Source of the DNA: an uncultured Rhodospirillaceae bacterium
GTDB taxonomy: Bacteria; Pseudomonadota; Alphaproteobacteria; UBA8366
NCBI GenBank assembly: GCA_913043025.1
Contig: CAJWLM010000004.1
Coordinates: 3,462 to 67,461, forward strand
Direction of reading: 5' to 3'
Length of the DNA stretch: 64,000 nt
The notes beneath the pieces were generated by a model. It was not told the origin of the DNA. It ran no database searches and saw nothing but the letters and a program-made list of their open reading frames with translations. Shown here one piece after another: positions 11,273 through 21,435 of this stretch. The first letter of the stretch is position 1. Each line of letters starts with the position of its first letter. The position numbers and the translations under genes were made by a program.

Positions 11273-13036
11273 TTAGAAATTTGCAGAGAGTACTTCGAAT
11301 ACATCACCATCAGGCCTGAAGCCCTCTACATGTCGCCTATGCCAGAGTGCATAAAATAAAAGCGTCCAAGCTGCAAAACCTGCATGCTTATCATTGGATT
11401 TGAATATGCGTATGACTTCAGTGGGATTGCAGATTTGCTGAATTGCAGGCAGTCTTGCTACGAGCGGCCCGAGTTTTTCACCGCGTTGGCTTATCCAATA
11501 ACCTACTGGTACGGTGAAACCTCTCTTGCGTGACAATGGCTCCGCCTTAGGCAAAATTTTGCTCAACCATTGACGTAAAATCCACTTCCCTTTGCCATTT
11601 GAGATTTTCAGTGAGTCTTTGAGCAAGAAAACCATCGCTGCCACTTTTTTGTCGAGAAATGGTGTGCGTCCTTCCAGTCCATGCGACATCAAGCAACGAT
11701 CAAGTTTTGTAAGGAGATCATTGGGTAACCAATCGCGACAGTCTGTGGCCTGTGCTATTTGAAGTTTACTGCGGGGGCTCGTTGATCCACTTGCTTCCAT
11801 AGATGCAATGGAATCTCGCCACGCATGTGGGGGCTTTCTAAGAACTTTAAGCCTGTCAAAAGTGCCGCGCTCACGTATTGTTCGCCCGCCACGCCACCAA
11901 GGTCGTAGCAGTCGGCGGTAGCGTCCATAACCCGCAAACAACTCGTCGCCTCCCTCTCCAGATAGAACTACTTTTAATTCTTGGGCAGCGACACTTGCTA
12001 ATTTCCAAGTAGGCAAAATTGCATAGTCTGCTGCCGGGTCATCCATGGCAGCCGCTATTGTTGGAAGACTATTCCAAAAATCTGCCTCGCCAAAAGTAAC
12101 CTCAGTGTGGACTGAGCCTACTGACTCAGCAAGTTGACGAGCGTGTTCACGTTCATCCGCAACTCCAGAAAATGTAAAGCCGATTGTGAATGTCTGCACC
12201 GGTTTTTCATTAAGTCTGGCCATCAGAGCAAGAATCGCTGAAGAATCAATTCCCCCGGACAAGAATAATCCGTATGGTACATCGGAGAGTTGATGGACAG
12301 AAACGCTATCTTCTAGGACCGCATCAAGCGCTTCAATAGCGTCTCCGATCGGTTGGTCAGTGGTGGGCCCATCAGGAAGGGGTGGTAGATATGTGCGCTC
12401 TATTATCCTACCTCGCCGAATGACAAGTGTCTCTCCCGGTTTCACTCTCTCAATACCTCTATAAATAGTAGTATCACCGCAGGTAAACTGCATTTGGAGT
12501 AATTCATCCAAACGGTTTTCATTAATCTCAGGTGCAAGTAGTCCCGCAGCAAAAAAGGCTTGTGGTTCTGAAGCAAAAGCGAATCCCTCTTGTGTTTCGG
12601 CAAAATAAAGCGGTTTAATTCCAAATGGATCGCGTGCTAAAAGCAATTTTTCTTGCGCAGGGTCGTGAAGAGCTATCGAATACATGCCACGTAAATTGCG
12701 CGCAAAATCTATTCCGTCACGGTGGTAGAGTGATATTGGGGGCTCACAATCGGAACGCGTTTTAAAAACCTTTGGACCGAACTCTTTCCGTAGTTCGAGA
12801 TAATTATATATTTCGCCATTTGCGATAAGCGCCGTGCCAGCGGAGTCGTAGAGTGGCTGATCACCCGTTTCTAGGTCAATGATGGCGAGCCGCCTTTGCA
12901 CCATTCCAACATTGCCTACGACATGGCGCCCTTCGCCGTCAGGACCTCGATGGGCAAGTGCTGCCGCAAACGCATCGAGTACCGATTTGGCCGGGGGTTT
13001 ACCATCAAATGTCATCAAGCCAGCAATTCCACACAT
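11273..13036 (-). CDS. asnB: Asparagine synthase (glutamine-hydrolysing)-like amidotransferase
   Basis: Ntn nucleophile start MCGIAG and PP-loop SGGIDSS. Last gene of the glycosyltransferase operon (TAATG overlap with the upstream gene). Confidence 0.85.
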   Translation of the reverse strand: MCGIAGLMTFDGKPPAKSVLDAFAAALAHRGPDGEGRHVVGNVGMVQRRLAIIDLETGDQPLYDSAGTALIANGEIYNYLELRKEFGPKVFKTRSDCEPPISLYHRDGIDFARNLRGMYSIALHDPAQEKLLLARDPFGIKPLYFAETQEGFAFASEPQAFFAAGLLAPEINENRLDELLQMQFTCGDTTIYRGIERVKPGETLVIRRGRIIERTYLPPLPDGPTTDQPIGDAIEALDAVLEDSVSVHQLSDVPYGLFLSGGIDSSAILALMARLNEKPVQTFTIGFTFSGVADEREHARQLAESVGSVHTEVTFGEADFWNSLPTIAAAMDDPAADYAILPTWKLASVAAQELKVVLSGEGGDELFAGYGRYRRLLRPWWRGGRTIRERGTFDRLKVLRKPPHAWRDSIASMEASGSTSPRSKLQIAQATDCRDWLPNDLLTKLDRCLMSHGLEGRTPFLDKKVAAMVFLLKDSLKISNGKGKWILRQWLSKILPKAEPLSRKRGFTVPVGYWISQRGEKLGPLVARLPAIQQICNPTEVIRIFKSNDKHAGFAAWTLLFYALWHRRHVEGFRPDGDVFEVLSANF

Positions 13037-14061
13037 TATCTTGTAACCACCTTAAAGAAGTTGCGGTAAAGCGACGTAACGCGCGCTTCAGTGAAATTTT
13101 TCTCGTATGCCTGGAAACCTTGTTCAGCAATTGCGGTCGCGAGATCCCCTGAGGAAAGCACCGACTGTATCGCAGAAGATAGCGCAGATGCGTCATTGAG
13201 GGGGGTCAAGAGCCCATTGAATCCTGTTTTTATGAGAGCCTTGGGGCCAGTTGCCTCGGCGGCTACAACTGGTTTTTTCTGAGCCCATGCTTCCAGTACA
13301 ACATTGCCGAGAGGCTCCACGCGCGATGAACAGACTAGCAAATCACAACTAGCAATCAAGTTATTTGTATCAGAACGCCAACCAAGAAATTTTACGCGAT
13401 CAGAAATACCCAACTGTTTAGCTAAATTCTTGAGTGAAGTTTGTTCTGGTCCCTCCCCAGCAATCCACAAGTAAGTGCGTGGCAATGAAACCAAAGCTTC
13501 CAATAATACATCAAAGGCTTTATTTGAGTGCAACCGTCCCAGCGCTAACAATAGTGGTGCATCATTTGGCGTATTCATTATTGATCGGTCGACTGCTTCT
13601 CCGGGAGTATCGTCAACAAAATTTGGTAAATAATGAATTTGGCTTTCCGGCCAGCCCAAACCCGCAATATATTGGCAAATATGCTTAGTGTTAGCGACCA
13701 GGTGATCACACTTATGATAGTATTTTAGGTCATAATAGCCTCCGAGGCGGCCAACGATTAAATGTTTTCCTGGAGTGCAAAATTTTGCGGCACGGCTCAT
13801 CCAGGCAAAAATGACATCAGGTGCATATTCGGTGGCCTGTCTTTGGAGCCGCCTTCCTGTTGTCCAGTCAAAAATGCTACCAAAGCGATATATTTCAAAG
13901 GGTATCCCTGCATCTTTTAGAGTTTTTTCACGTTTGCTATTGGTTCTTATGGCGGCTGCTTGACCAATTCCAGTTTGAGCCAGTGCTGGCAGAAGTCGCG
14001 AGAAAAACTCTTCCGCACCGCCAACACGGGCCCCTGCCATAGCGTGTAGAATGCGTATCAA
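13036..14061 (-). CDS. Glycosyltransferase family 4 (GT-B)
   Basis: N-terminus LIRILHAMAGARVGGAE and C-terminal E-x7-E-like EPLGNVVLEAWA. The probable TTG start at 14061 overlaps the upstream stop (TTGA); the ORF is open to 14178. Confidence 0.75.
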   Translation of the reverse strand: MIRILHAMAGARVGGAEEFFSRLLPALAQTGIGQAAAIRTNSKREKTLKDAGIPFEIYRFGSIFDWTTGRRLQRQATEYAPDVIFAWMSRAAKFCTPGKHLIVGRLGGYYDLKYYHKCDHLVANTKHICQYIAGLGWPESQIHYLPNFVDDTPGEAVDRSIMNTPNDAPLLLALGRLHSNKAFDVLLEALVSLPRTYLWIAGEGPEQTSLKNLAKQLGISDRVKFLGWRSDTNNLIASCDLLVCSSRVEPLGNVVLEAWAQKKPVVAAEATGPKALIKTGFNGLLTPLNDASALSSAIQSVLSSGDLATAIAEQGFQAYEKNFTEARVTSLYRNFFKVVTR

Positions 14062-14822
14062 TTTTTTTCCAATCGTGCTTTTAAGTAAGAGAGTACTGGG
14101 TAAAGGCCTGCGAATAAAGCGTTGAGGAATCCATAGGGGCCTTCTCTGTAGCCTTGTCGGCTTACGTAACACTTCCAAAATCGGGAAAACATACGTCTGA
14201 TGTTATGGCCGAATGATCCTATGTCACAGGATGAGCGAAGATCTGCGGCTCTAGCTGTAGTGTAACGGTCGAGCCGTTGAATCATGTCTGAGATATTTTT
14301 ATCTACGAAATGGATCATCCGATTTTCAAGTACTTTTCTAGGGCCTTTTAATTCAAGTGATGGATGGATGCGTTGGCTTCCCCACCGCTTGTGTCCCTTT
14401 CGGAACAATCTCGGCGCAGCGCTGACACCCCATGAAGCACCCCAGCCGTAGCGAACCCTCTTCTCACCTACATAATTGTCAAATGGAATGAGAAAATATC
14501 CCGCTTCTGTGTGTTTAATTACTTCCTTAATCTCATCGGCAAGTGGGGTAGAGACTCTTTCATCACTATCGACCTCCAGTATCCAATCACTATCGCAGGC
14601 TCGAATTCCAGCGTTTCTCCTATCACCTTCTAAGTCCCAATTACCTTCAATAAGGTTCCCCGTGAATTTGGATGCGATAAGCTTTGAGTCATCGGTACAC
14701 TTATCTAGTACAACCACCAGCTGATCCGCGAATGAGAGTCCTTGAAGGCATTCAGCAAGTTGTTTCTCTTCATTGTGAGTAACAACCAAAGCAGAGATGC
14801 TTTTTTGCTTAGCATTATCCAT
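14058..14822 (-). CDS. Glycosyltransferase family 2
   Basis: SALVVTHNEE near the N-terminus and a DxD-like EVDSDE. Its start overlaps the GT9 stop (ATGGATAA). Confidence 0.8.
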   Translation of the reverse strand: MDNAKQKSISALVVTHNEEKQLAECLQGLSFADQLVVVLDKCTDDSKLIASKFTGNLIEGNWDLEGDRRNAGIRACDSDWILEVDSDERVSTPLADEIKEVIKHTEAGYFLIPFDNYVGEKRVRYGWGASWGVSAAPRLFRKGHKRWGSQRIHPSLELKGPRKVLENRMIHFVDKNISDMIQRLDRYTTARAADLRSSCDIGSFGHNIRRMFSRFWKCYVSRQGYREGPYGFLNALFAGLYPVLSYLKARLEKN

Positions 14823-15783
14823 CTTGCATCCCTTTCACCTGGCTCCATAATTTTATAAGAGAATCTTCAACCACTTGCACCTGCAATCCATCCATTAAAG
14901 TACCTGTTGTGCGATGATTGTAACCAGAAGTTCCGGTAAGTTCCTCAAAACTCTGTGGAGTTCTGACCCATCTACAGTGACTGCCCCATGGGCCATAGAG
15001 AGTTTCCCGACTAGGTCCAAAAAGTCCGAGGGTTGGTATTCCAGCCGCAGCCGCCATATGCATTAATCCTGAGTCATTTCCTACAAAAAGCGAACATCGT
15101 TCAAGACATGCTGCTAGTGTCAGTAAGCCGACGGTCCCAACCAGATCGATGCACTGGTTGGATGGGAGTGCTGCCAGAACTGGCTCAGCCTGGTGACGTT
15201 CGTTTGCCGAAGCTAAAACTGCAACTGTTGCTCCAGGAAGCAAGCCGTCCTCTGCAATAATTCGAGTTGCCAAGGCTGCAAAGTTCTTTGCGCGCCACTG
15301 CTTGCCACGCCAGTTTGCTGCAGGTGCAACCGCGAGGATTGGGCCACACTCGGGGATCAACTTAGCTGCTTTTGCGCGCTCCTGGGTATTGACCCAAATT
15401 CGCGGCGCTGGCGGTTGTTTTTCGAGTCCGACGATACGGCCTATGAATTTAACTCGGTGGCATTGTTCATCTGGTTTCGGAATCGAATAATGTTTTTTGT
15501 TTAATAGAAAATAGCCCAGCGCCGAGCGCCGTAAATCTACTATAATGTCCCAGCGAATTGTAAAAACCTGTCTCCAAAGTGTAAGCCAATGAGAAGAAAG
15601 AGGCTGTTTCTCCATAATGATACACCGCTCTAAACCAGGAGCGTAAGAGAATATTGGCGCAGGGATTGGCCCCGTAGCCACTGTGATAGCTGCCTCCGGA
15701 TACTTGTTGGCAAGGTGATCAAGTAGACCTGTAGATAATATAGCATCGCCAAGTCTATTTGCGGTTATGAATAGAATACGCAT
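14815..15783 (-). CDS. Glycosyltransferase family 9 (LPS heptosyltransferase-like)
   Basis: MRILFITANRLGDAILST start and GNDSGLMHMAAAAGIPT motif, typical of GT9. Confidence 0.8.
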   Translation of the reverse strand: MRILFITANRLGDAILSTGLLDHLANKYPEAAITVATGPIPAPIFSYAPGLERCIIMEKQPLSSHWLTLWRQVFTIRWDIIVDLRRSALGYFLLNKKHYSIPKPDEQCHRVKFIGRIVGLEKQPPAPRIWVNTQERAKAAKLIPECGPILAVAPAANWRGKQWRAKNFAALATRIIAEDGLLPGATVAVLASANERHQAEPVLAALPSNQCIDLVGTVGLLTLAACLERCSLFVGNDSGLMHMAAAAGIPTLGLFGPSRETLYGPWGSHCRWVRTPQSFEELTGTSGYNHRTTGTLMDGLQVQVVEDSLIKLWSQVKGMQDG

Positions 15784-15869
15784 TGCAGATGATTATAGTA
15801 GGGAATACCCTCGTGTTATAGATTGGCCAATTGTAAAATGCCCTTGTGTGAGATGGCTAGGATGAAATA

Positions 15870-16760
15870 ATGGTCTCATTTAGTATACTTCAAGACAGAG
15901 GTTTGCTCACTGTTAGTGGTGCAGATCGCTCAAGTTTTTTGCAGGGACTAATTTCGAACGATATTCATAGTGTAACTCCGGAGCGCGCTGTCTGGTCTGC
16001 ATTACTCACTCCTCAAGGTAAGTACTTGTATGACTTTTTTATAGCAGAGTTTGAAGGACGGTATCTGATCGATTGCGAAGCAGCACGTTTAATGGATCTT
16101 GGGCGGCGGTTAAGCAAATACAAATTGCGAGCTTCGGTAGATCTTGGTAAAGAGGAAGGTATGGCTGTACTCGCTGTCTACGGCGCTGGAGTTGGTAAAT
16201 ATTTTGGTCTAAGAGAGAATCCGGGAGAGGTTGCCGCATTTCGCGATGGTATCGCATTTGTTGATCCGCGACTCGTTGATGTGGGCGTGAGAGCTATTTT
16301 AGGAAAAGAATCCGCTAAAGCAGCTCTAGAATCAATAGATTTGGAAGAAGTGGCGGCCGAGAGCTACGATGCATTCAGGCTTGGTTTTGGTGTCCCGGAT
16401 GGCAGCCGAGATATGATTGTCGAGAAGTCTACTTTGCTTGAGAGCAACTTCGAAGAACTTAACGGGGTTGATTGGGATAAGGGTTGCTATATGGGCCAGG
16501 AACTTACCGCTCGGACGAAATACCGTGGGTTATTAAAGAAACGCATGGTGCCTGTAAAAATTGAAGGTCATGAGCCTTCACTTGGGGCACCTATTTTTTG
16601 CGATAAACGACAGGTTGGAGAGATGCGCAGTACCCGCTCGGGACTCGGAATTGCCTTAATAAGGTTGGAATACTTGGAACGGGCAATCTCAGGAGAGATC
16701 AAGCTTATTGCGGAGGGCTCGGTTATTACCCCTCGAAAACCGGACTGGGCCAATTTTTAA
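15870..16760 (+). CDS. ygfZ: Folate-binding Fe-S cluster repair/tRNA-modification protein YgfZ
   Basis: GcvT-like fold signature with the YgfZ motif KGCYMGQE. Confidence 0.8.
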   Translation: MVSFSILQDRGLLTVSGADRSSFLQGLISNDIHSVTPERAVWSALLTPQGKYLYDFFIAEFEGRYLIDCEAARLMDLGRRLSKYKLRASVDLGKEEGMAVLAVYGAGVGKYFGLRENPGEVAAFRDGIAFVDPRLVDVGVRAILGKESAKAALESIDLEEVAAESYDAFRLGFGVPDGSRDMIVEKSTLLESNFEELNGVDWDKGCYMGQELTARTKYRGLLKKRMVPVKIEGHEPSLGAPIFCDKRQVGEMRSTRSGLGIALIRLEYLERAISGEIKLIAEGSVITPRKPDWANF

Positions 16761-16916
16761 GAGTAATAAATTATGGTCGGCCATTGTTCAGAGCTTTTTG
16801 GTAAATAGTGCATGGCGTAACGTAGCGAGATTGATAATCTCGATGATCCGAAAAACTGATATTTCATACTGATAGCAGGATAAAATTTTTGACGTAGGGC
16901 AAAATTAGTCTCTTTG

Positions 16917-18023
16917 TCACCGGCAAATTGATCGTAATGCTTCCCATTCTGCACTACTTAAAGCTGGCTCGTAACTCGTCGTTGGTTTTGGGCGGATTGC
17001 ATCAATTCGATCTTGCAAAGTTGGATGAGAAGCAAAGTACCTAAAAATTCCAGTATTTTTTTTCATCCCCTCTGATTTTAACTTTTCAAAAAAAGTTACA
17101 AAACCGGCATTATCAATGCCTGCCTTCGTTAATATGCTGGTAGCAAAGGAGTCTGCTTCTGCCTCGTTCTTTCGTGAATATGATGAGGTTGCCAGTTGGA
17201 GTGCGATGCCAGATGCAAGATCTCCAGTAGCACCAGAAAAACCCGTGAGTGCACTTATAAAAATTGACCATCCATGAGCATGGATAAGGGCTTTTGTTGG
17301 GTGGCGTTCTATTACATGCCCCATCTCATGGGCCAGCACACCAGCTACCTCATCTGGAGTTTCGGCTTTTGTTATGAGACCACTGAGTAACACCACATTG
17401 CCGCCAGGAGCTGCAAAAGCATTGACAGTCTCGCTTTTCAATATTTGGACTTTAAGGTTGTATGGTGTCTCAATAGGTTTTTTCAGTCGATATGTGAGCT
17501 TTCTGAGGGCGGCAATACCTTTCGGATTAGTGCAATAATGAGCCTCTGGCCCGAGTGCTTCGGTAACTATGCTTATTACTTGGTCTCCAAGGCCTTCCTC
17601 CAAGTGCATTGGAATCATATCTGCCAATGGACCAGCAAGCCGGGGAAGTCCGTAGGTTACAAAACCTATTGTGCAAGCGAGCAAAATTCCAACCGAGATT
17701 AAAAGAATCTTGGTTCTGATGGAGTGTGGCGGGCATGTCAAGTTTCGTGCATTTTTGCGCAAAGTTTCAACGACCGCTGGGTCGTCAATGGTGAGCCTTG
17801 CTCCTTGTACAGATCGGTTAAGGATGCGAGTAGGACGGTTATGAGCGATTTTTTCTGCCAATTGAATGTCACGCCATGCCCATTCTGCGGGTGGAACAGA
17901 ATCCTTACCCTTAATTTGAACCCCGCACCCCGTTAAAACAATTTCAACGGGATATACAGCGGCTGTAACACCATCGTTATATTGGGCTTTGAACTGTGAC
18001 TTTTCAGTTATCTTAGAAAGCAT
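16917..18023 (-). CDS. M48 family zinc metallopeptidase with N-terminal soluble domain and TM anchor
   Basis: HExxH motif HEMGHVIERH. A central TM segment (ILLISVGILLACTIGFVTYG). Overlaps the upstream DUF898 gene by 11 nt. Confidence 0.8.
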   Translation of the reverse strand: MLSKITEKSQFKAQYNDGVTAAVYPVEIVLTGCGVQIKGKDSVPPAEWAWRDIQLAEKIAHNRPTRILNRSVQGARLTIDDPAVVETLRKNARNLTCPPHSIRTKILLISVGILLACTIGFVTYGLPRLAGPLADMIPMHLEEGLGDQVISIVTEALGPEAHYCTNPKGIAALRKLTYRLKKPIETPYNLKVQILKSETVNAFAAPGGNVVLLSGLITKAETPDEVAGVLAHEMGHVIERHPTKALIHAHGWSIFISALTGFSGATGDLASGIALQLATSSYSRKNEAEADSFATSILTKAGIDNAGFVTFFEKLKSEGMKKNTGIFRYFASHPTLQDRIDAIRPKPTTSYEPALSSAEWEALRSICR

Positions 18024-19203
18024 CTATATTGAGTGCATCTGCAAGGCCTTCACCCGATTTTGGTTTAGCCTGCTGGCTTTGAAACAGTTTCTCAGGCGAG
18101 AAAGAACCGGCAAGGCTCAGGCTGTTAAATATTTTGATTAAGTGTCTATGCAGTAAAATTATCGGCAAAAAAAGATAAAAAGCAATAACGATTATTATCG
18201 TATACGCTTGGCCTGCCAGCTCATTACTAATAAATATAGCAACCATGAGAATGATCAAACTACCAAAAACCATATAGAAAAATAAAGGAAGATAGATTTG
18301 TATTATATTCCACGTTGTTAGGTTTGATTGTGCTGATATGTCCTCAAATTTAATTGAACTACAAAAGTGGCGAATTGATACTGCCTTATACCAAACTGTT
18401 GTGATGGGCAGCAAACAAAAGAAGATGAGCGGTATTAACAGATAACTCAGAAATGCTAGCGAGTGAATGTGTTGTATATCTTGGGAAAGGAACGCAATTG
18501 CTGCTGAGACGTGTGGTTCCACCGCGGTGTATATCAGTAGCGCCAAGATAATTGTAGTGCTCAGACAAATTACCCAAGCGTGCATCAAAGTACGCACATT
18601 TGCGCCGAATTCGAAAGTGACCCCACCAAAAGTGGCATGTTCTACTCGATATTTAAGCAGTTTTACTTGCATATAGGGGTAGGCTAGACCCAATGAAATA
18701 AACATCAAAAACGTGCAGAGTGTTGCTTGATTGGCATATGTCACAGAAGATCCATTCAATTCGGAGCAAATACCCCGCCAGCTGGTTCGGCTTAATCGAT
18801 AGCGTTGTGCACGATAAACTGCGACGTGTGAAAGATAAAAAAATAAAAGCCCAAGGAAACCTTGTGCCAATACAGGTCCGAATGTAATCCCGTAGCCTAA
18901 AAGAACTACCGGTAATAAAAAACTGCAAACCCCGATCGGAACCAAAATACAAACTATGATAAGAAAACCTACGAATAAATCCATGCCCGTGCCACTGTAT
19001 TCTAATGGTTGTCCCAAAAGAGACACGCGGCTCCATAAATAGCGCCGTATGTTTGTTTTGCCCCAAAACCTATAAATGCCAAATGTGATTAGTGAGAACA
19101 TTGTATTGAGTAAAACGAGTGGTAGGAGCTCTCGGAGTCTTCCCTCATAGAAAAGGGCAGGATTTTGATGCGGTTCGTATTGCAGGCCTGCTTCTTTTTT
19201 CAT
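18013..19203 (-). CDS. YjgN/DUF898 family polytopic membrane protein
   Basis: A 396-aa protein with about 8 TM helices. The N-terminal FYEGRLRELLPLVLLNTMFSLITFGIYRFWGKT is typical of DUF898. Confidence 0.7.
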   Translation of the reverse strand: MKKEAGLQYEPHQNPALFYEGRLRELLPLVLLNTMFSLITFGIYRFWGKTNIRRYLWSRVSLLGQPLEYSGTGMDLFVGFLIIVCILVPIGVCSFLLPVVLLGYGITFGPVLAQGFLGLLFFYLSHVAVYRAQRYRLSRTSWRGICSELNGSSVTYANQATLCTFLMFISLGLAYPYMQVKLLKYRVEHATFGGVTFEFGANVRTLMHAWVICLSTTIILALLIYTAVEPHVSAAIAFLSQDIQHIHSLAFLSYLLIPLIFFCLLPITTVWYKAVSIRHFCSSIKFEDISAQSNLTTWNIIQIYLPLFFYMVFGSLIILMVAIFISNELAGQAYTIIIVIAFYLFLPIILLHRHLIKIFNSLSLAGSFSPEKLFQSQQAKPKSGEGLADALNIDAF

Positions 19204-19386
19204 TTTTCTGACTTTGCTATGACTTTCGTGGAACCAAAATATCTTCTGATATCATACGTATTTCAACTTCACGACTATACACCCATCCTCTGGCATTAGA
19301 AATTTGCATAAGATGTTTCCCACGGTTCCGAAAATATAATTTCTAGAGTACCTTCGCTTAACCCTGAGCTTATAGGAGCTACGAAT

Positions 19387-20385
19387 ATGTCCAATGAAAC
19401 ATTTCCAGCACTTTTATTAAAAGAAAAAAATGGCGACGTTGTAAATGAAATAACTGATCTATTTATAGACGACTTACCAGAGGGCGAGGTGACGGTGAAA
19501 GTTGAGTATTCTACCGTTAACTACAAAGATGGCATGGTAGTGAATGGTCTTGGTCGCTTGGTCCGCAATTATCCGCATGTGCCCGGTATTGACTTTGCCG
19601 GCATTGTAGAAATCTCAAATGACGACCGTTATAAGGCTGGAGACAAAGTTGTTCTAACTGGCTGGCATGTTGGAGAGCGTTACTGGGGTGGATATTCTGC
19701 GAAAGTCAATATTAAAGCAGACTGGCTTGTCCCTTTACCAAAAAAATTATCAACAAAACATGCGATGGCAATCGGCACTGCTGGTCTCACCTCTATGTTG
19801 TGTATTTCGGCTCTGGAGAAGCAGGGCCTCAAGACTGGTAACGGACCTGTTTTGGTAACTGGCGCGTCAGGTGGTGTTGGCTCAATTGCAATCGCTATAC
19901 TCTCTAATCTTGGTTATGAGGTATGCGCTTCTACAGGCAAAAATGATAAGCATGACTTCTTAAAATTAATGGGTGCCGCAGAGATATTACCACGAGAAGA
20001 TTTGGCTGGTCCCGCTAAGGCACCACTAGACAGCGAACGCTGGGCAGGTGCTGTGGATGCGGTTGGCGCAAACACACTGGCTAATGTGCTGTCTCAAATG
20101 AAATATGGCTGTTCTGTTGCTGCCTGTGGTCTTGCGGGTGGCTCTAAATTGGATACAACGGTCATTCCATTTTTGTTGCGAGGTGTGAACCTGTTGGGTA
20201 TTGACTCTGTGGTACAACCGTATGATGCGCGCTGCGCTGCGTGGAAACGTGTGGCCAATGACCTTCCTTTGGAGAGGCTCGATACTTTGACACAGATCAT
20301 TTCGCTGAGAGATGTGCCTAAAGCAGCAACAGATATTTTAAACGGCAGTGTGACGGGACGATTGATTGTTGATTTGTCGATTTAA
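19387..20385 (+). CDS. YhdH/YhfP-type MDR quinone oxidoreductase (AcuI-like acrylyl-CoA reductase family)
   Basis: N-terminal GroES-like domain plus the nucleotide motif VLVTGASGGVGS. 332 aa. Confidence 0.8.
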   Translation: MSNETFPALLLKEKNGDVVNEITDLFIDDLPEGEVTVKVEYSTVNYKDGMVVNGLGRLVRNYPHVPGIDFAGIVEISNDDRYKAGDKVVLTGWHVGERYWGGYSAKVNIKADWLVPLPKKLSTKHAMAIGTAGLTSMLCISALEKQGLKTGNGPVLVTGASGGVGSIAIAILSNLGYEVCASTGKNDKHDFLKLMGAAEILPREDLAGPAKAPLDSERWAGAVDAVGANTLANVLSQMKYGCSVAACGLAGGSKLDTTVIPFLLRGVNLLGIDSVVQPYDARCAAWKRVANDLPLERLDTLTQIISLRDVPKAATDILNGSVTGRLIVDLSI

Positions 20386-21338
20386 TTCGGTGCCGCTAAA
20401 ACCCTGATCGGTTCGCCATCAAGAAACTGCATGATGTTTTCGACAACGTCGGCATAGTGCTTTTCATGATTTTCAGTTGTAACGTAGCCGATATGAGGAG
20501 TGAGAATCACATTCTCAAGCTTTCTAAACCTATCTGCCGCTGGGAGCGGCTCAGACATGTAAACATCCAGTCCTGCTCCTGCAATTTGATTAGTCTTAAG
20601 GGCTAGATACAAAGCGTCTTGGTCAATGATTGGGGCGCGTGAAGTGTTAACTATATAAGCACTCTTTTTCATCGCCGTTAGCTCTGTGGTGCCTATCATA
20701 CCGCGGCTGCGTTCACTCATGCCGTAATGGATAGTAATAATATCGGCCTGAGCAAATAGCTGTTCTTTAGAAACTTTTACAACGCCGGCCTCTTGCGCGC
20801 GTTCATCGGTTAAATTTTGGCTCCACGCCTCTACGTTCATATCAAAGGCAATTCCAACTTTTGCCATCCGCGCGCCTAAATTTCCTAGCCCTACGATGCC
20901 CAGTGTTTTATTAGCAAGATTAAAGCCTGGTTTAGTCTGCCATCCGCCCTTCCGCATAGATTTGTGCTGTCCGGGAATATCTCGCATCAAACTTATAATA
21001 AGTCCCCAAGCAAGCTCTGATGTTGGGGATCCGACTCCCCCTGTACCACATACGGTGACACCGTATTCTGCTGCGGCTTCTAGATCGAAGGATTTATTTC
21101 GGCCTCCGGTGGTAATCAATAGTTGAAGATTTGGAAGTTGCTGTAGTGTTGAGCGCGGAAAGGGAGTTCGCTCACGCATCCCAACAATAATTTCAAAATC
21201 ATGAAGGGATTCTATTACATTTTGCTCATTTTTGAGATGTTCGTTGAAGACGGAAATTTTCGCCTTCTTATTAACTTGTGACCAATCGGTAAATTCTAAA
21301 ACTTTGTCGAAGTAGTCGTCGAGAATAGCAACGCGCAT
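20382..21338 (-). CDS. D-isomer-specific 2-hydroxyacid dehydrogenase family protein
   Basis: Rossmann motif LGIVGLGNLGARMA, plus SRAPIID and the catalytic-region TPHIGY. Confidence 0.85.
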   Translation of the reverse strand: MRVAILDDYFDKVLEFTDWSQVNKKAKISVFNEHLKNEQNVIESLHDFEIIVGMRERTPFPRSTLQQLPNLQLLITTGGRNKSFDLEAAAEYGVTVCGTGGVGSPTSELAWGLIISLMRDIPGQHKSMRKGGWQTKPGFNLANKTLGIVGLGNLGARMAKVGIAFDMNVEAWSQNLTDERAQEAGVVKVSKEQLFAQADIITIHYGMSERSRGMIGTTELTAMKKSAYIVNTSRAPIIDQDALYLALKTNQIAGAGLDVYMSEPLPAADRFRKLENVILTPHIGYVTTENHEKHYADVVENIMQFLDGEPIRVLAAPN

Positions 21339-21435
21339 AACAGTTTTGCCTTAAAATATTATTGTCAATGGATTCAGCAAAGTACGGGCCATAAAGGCAT
21401 GATTACAAATGCCATCAAATAATGTTTGATGATAA

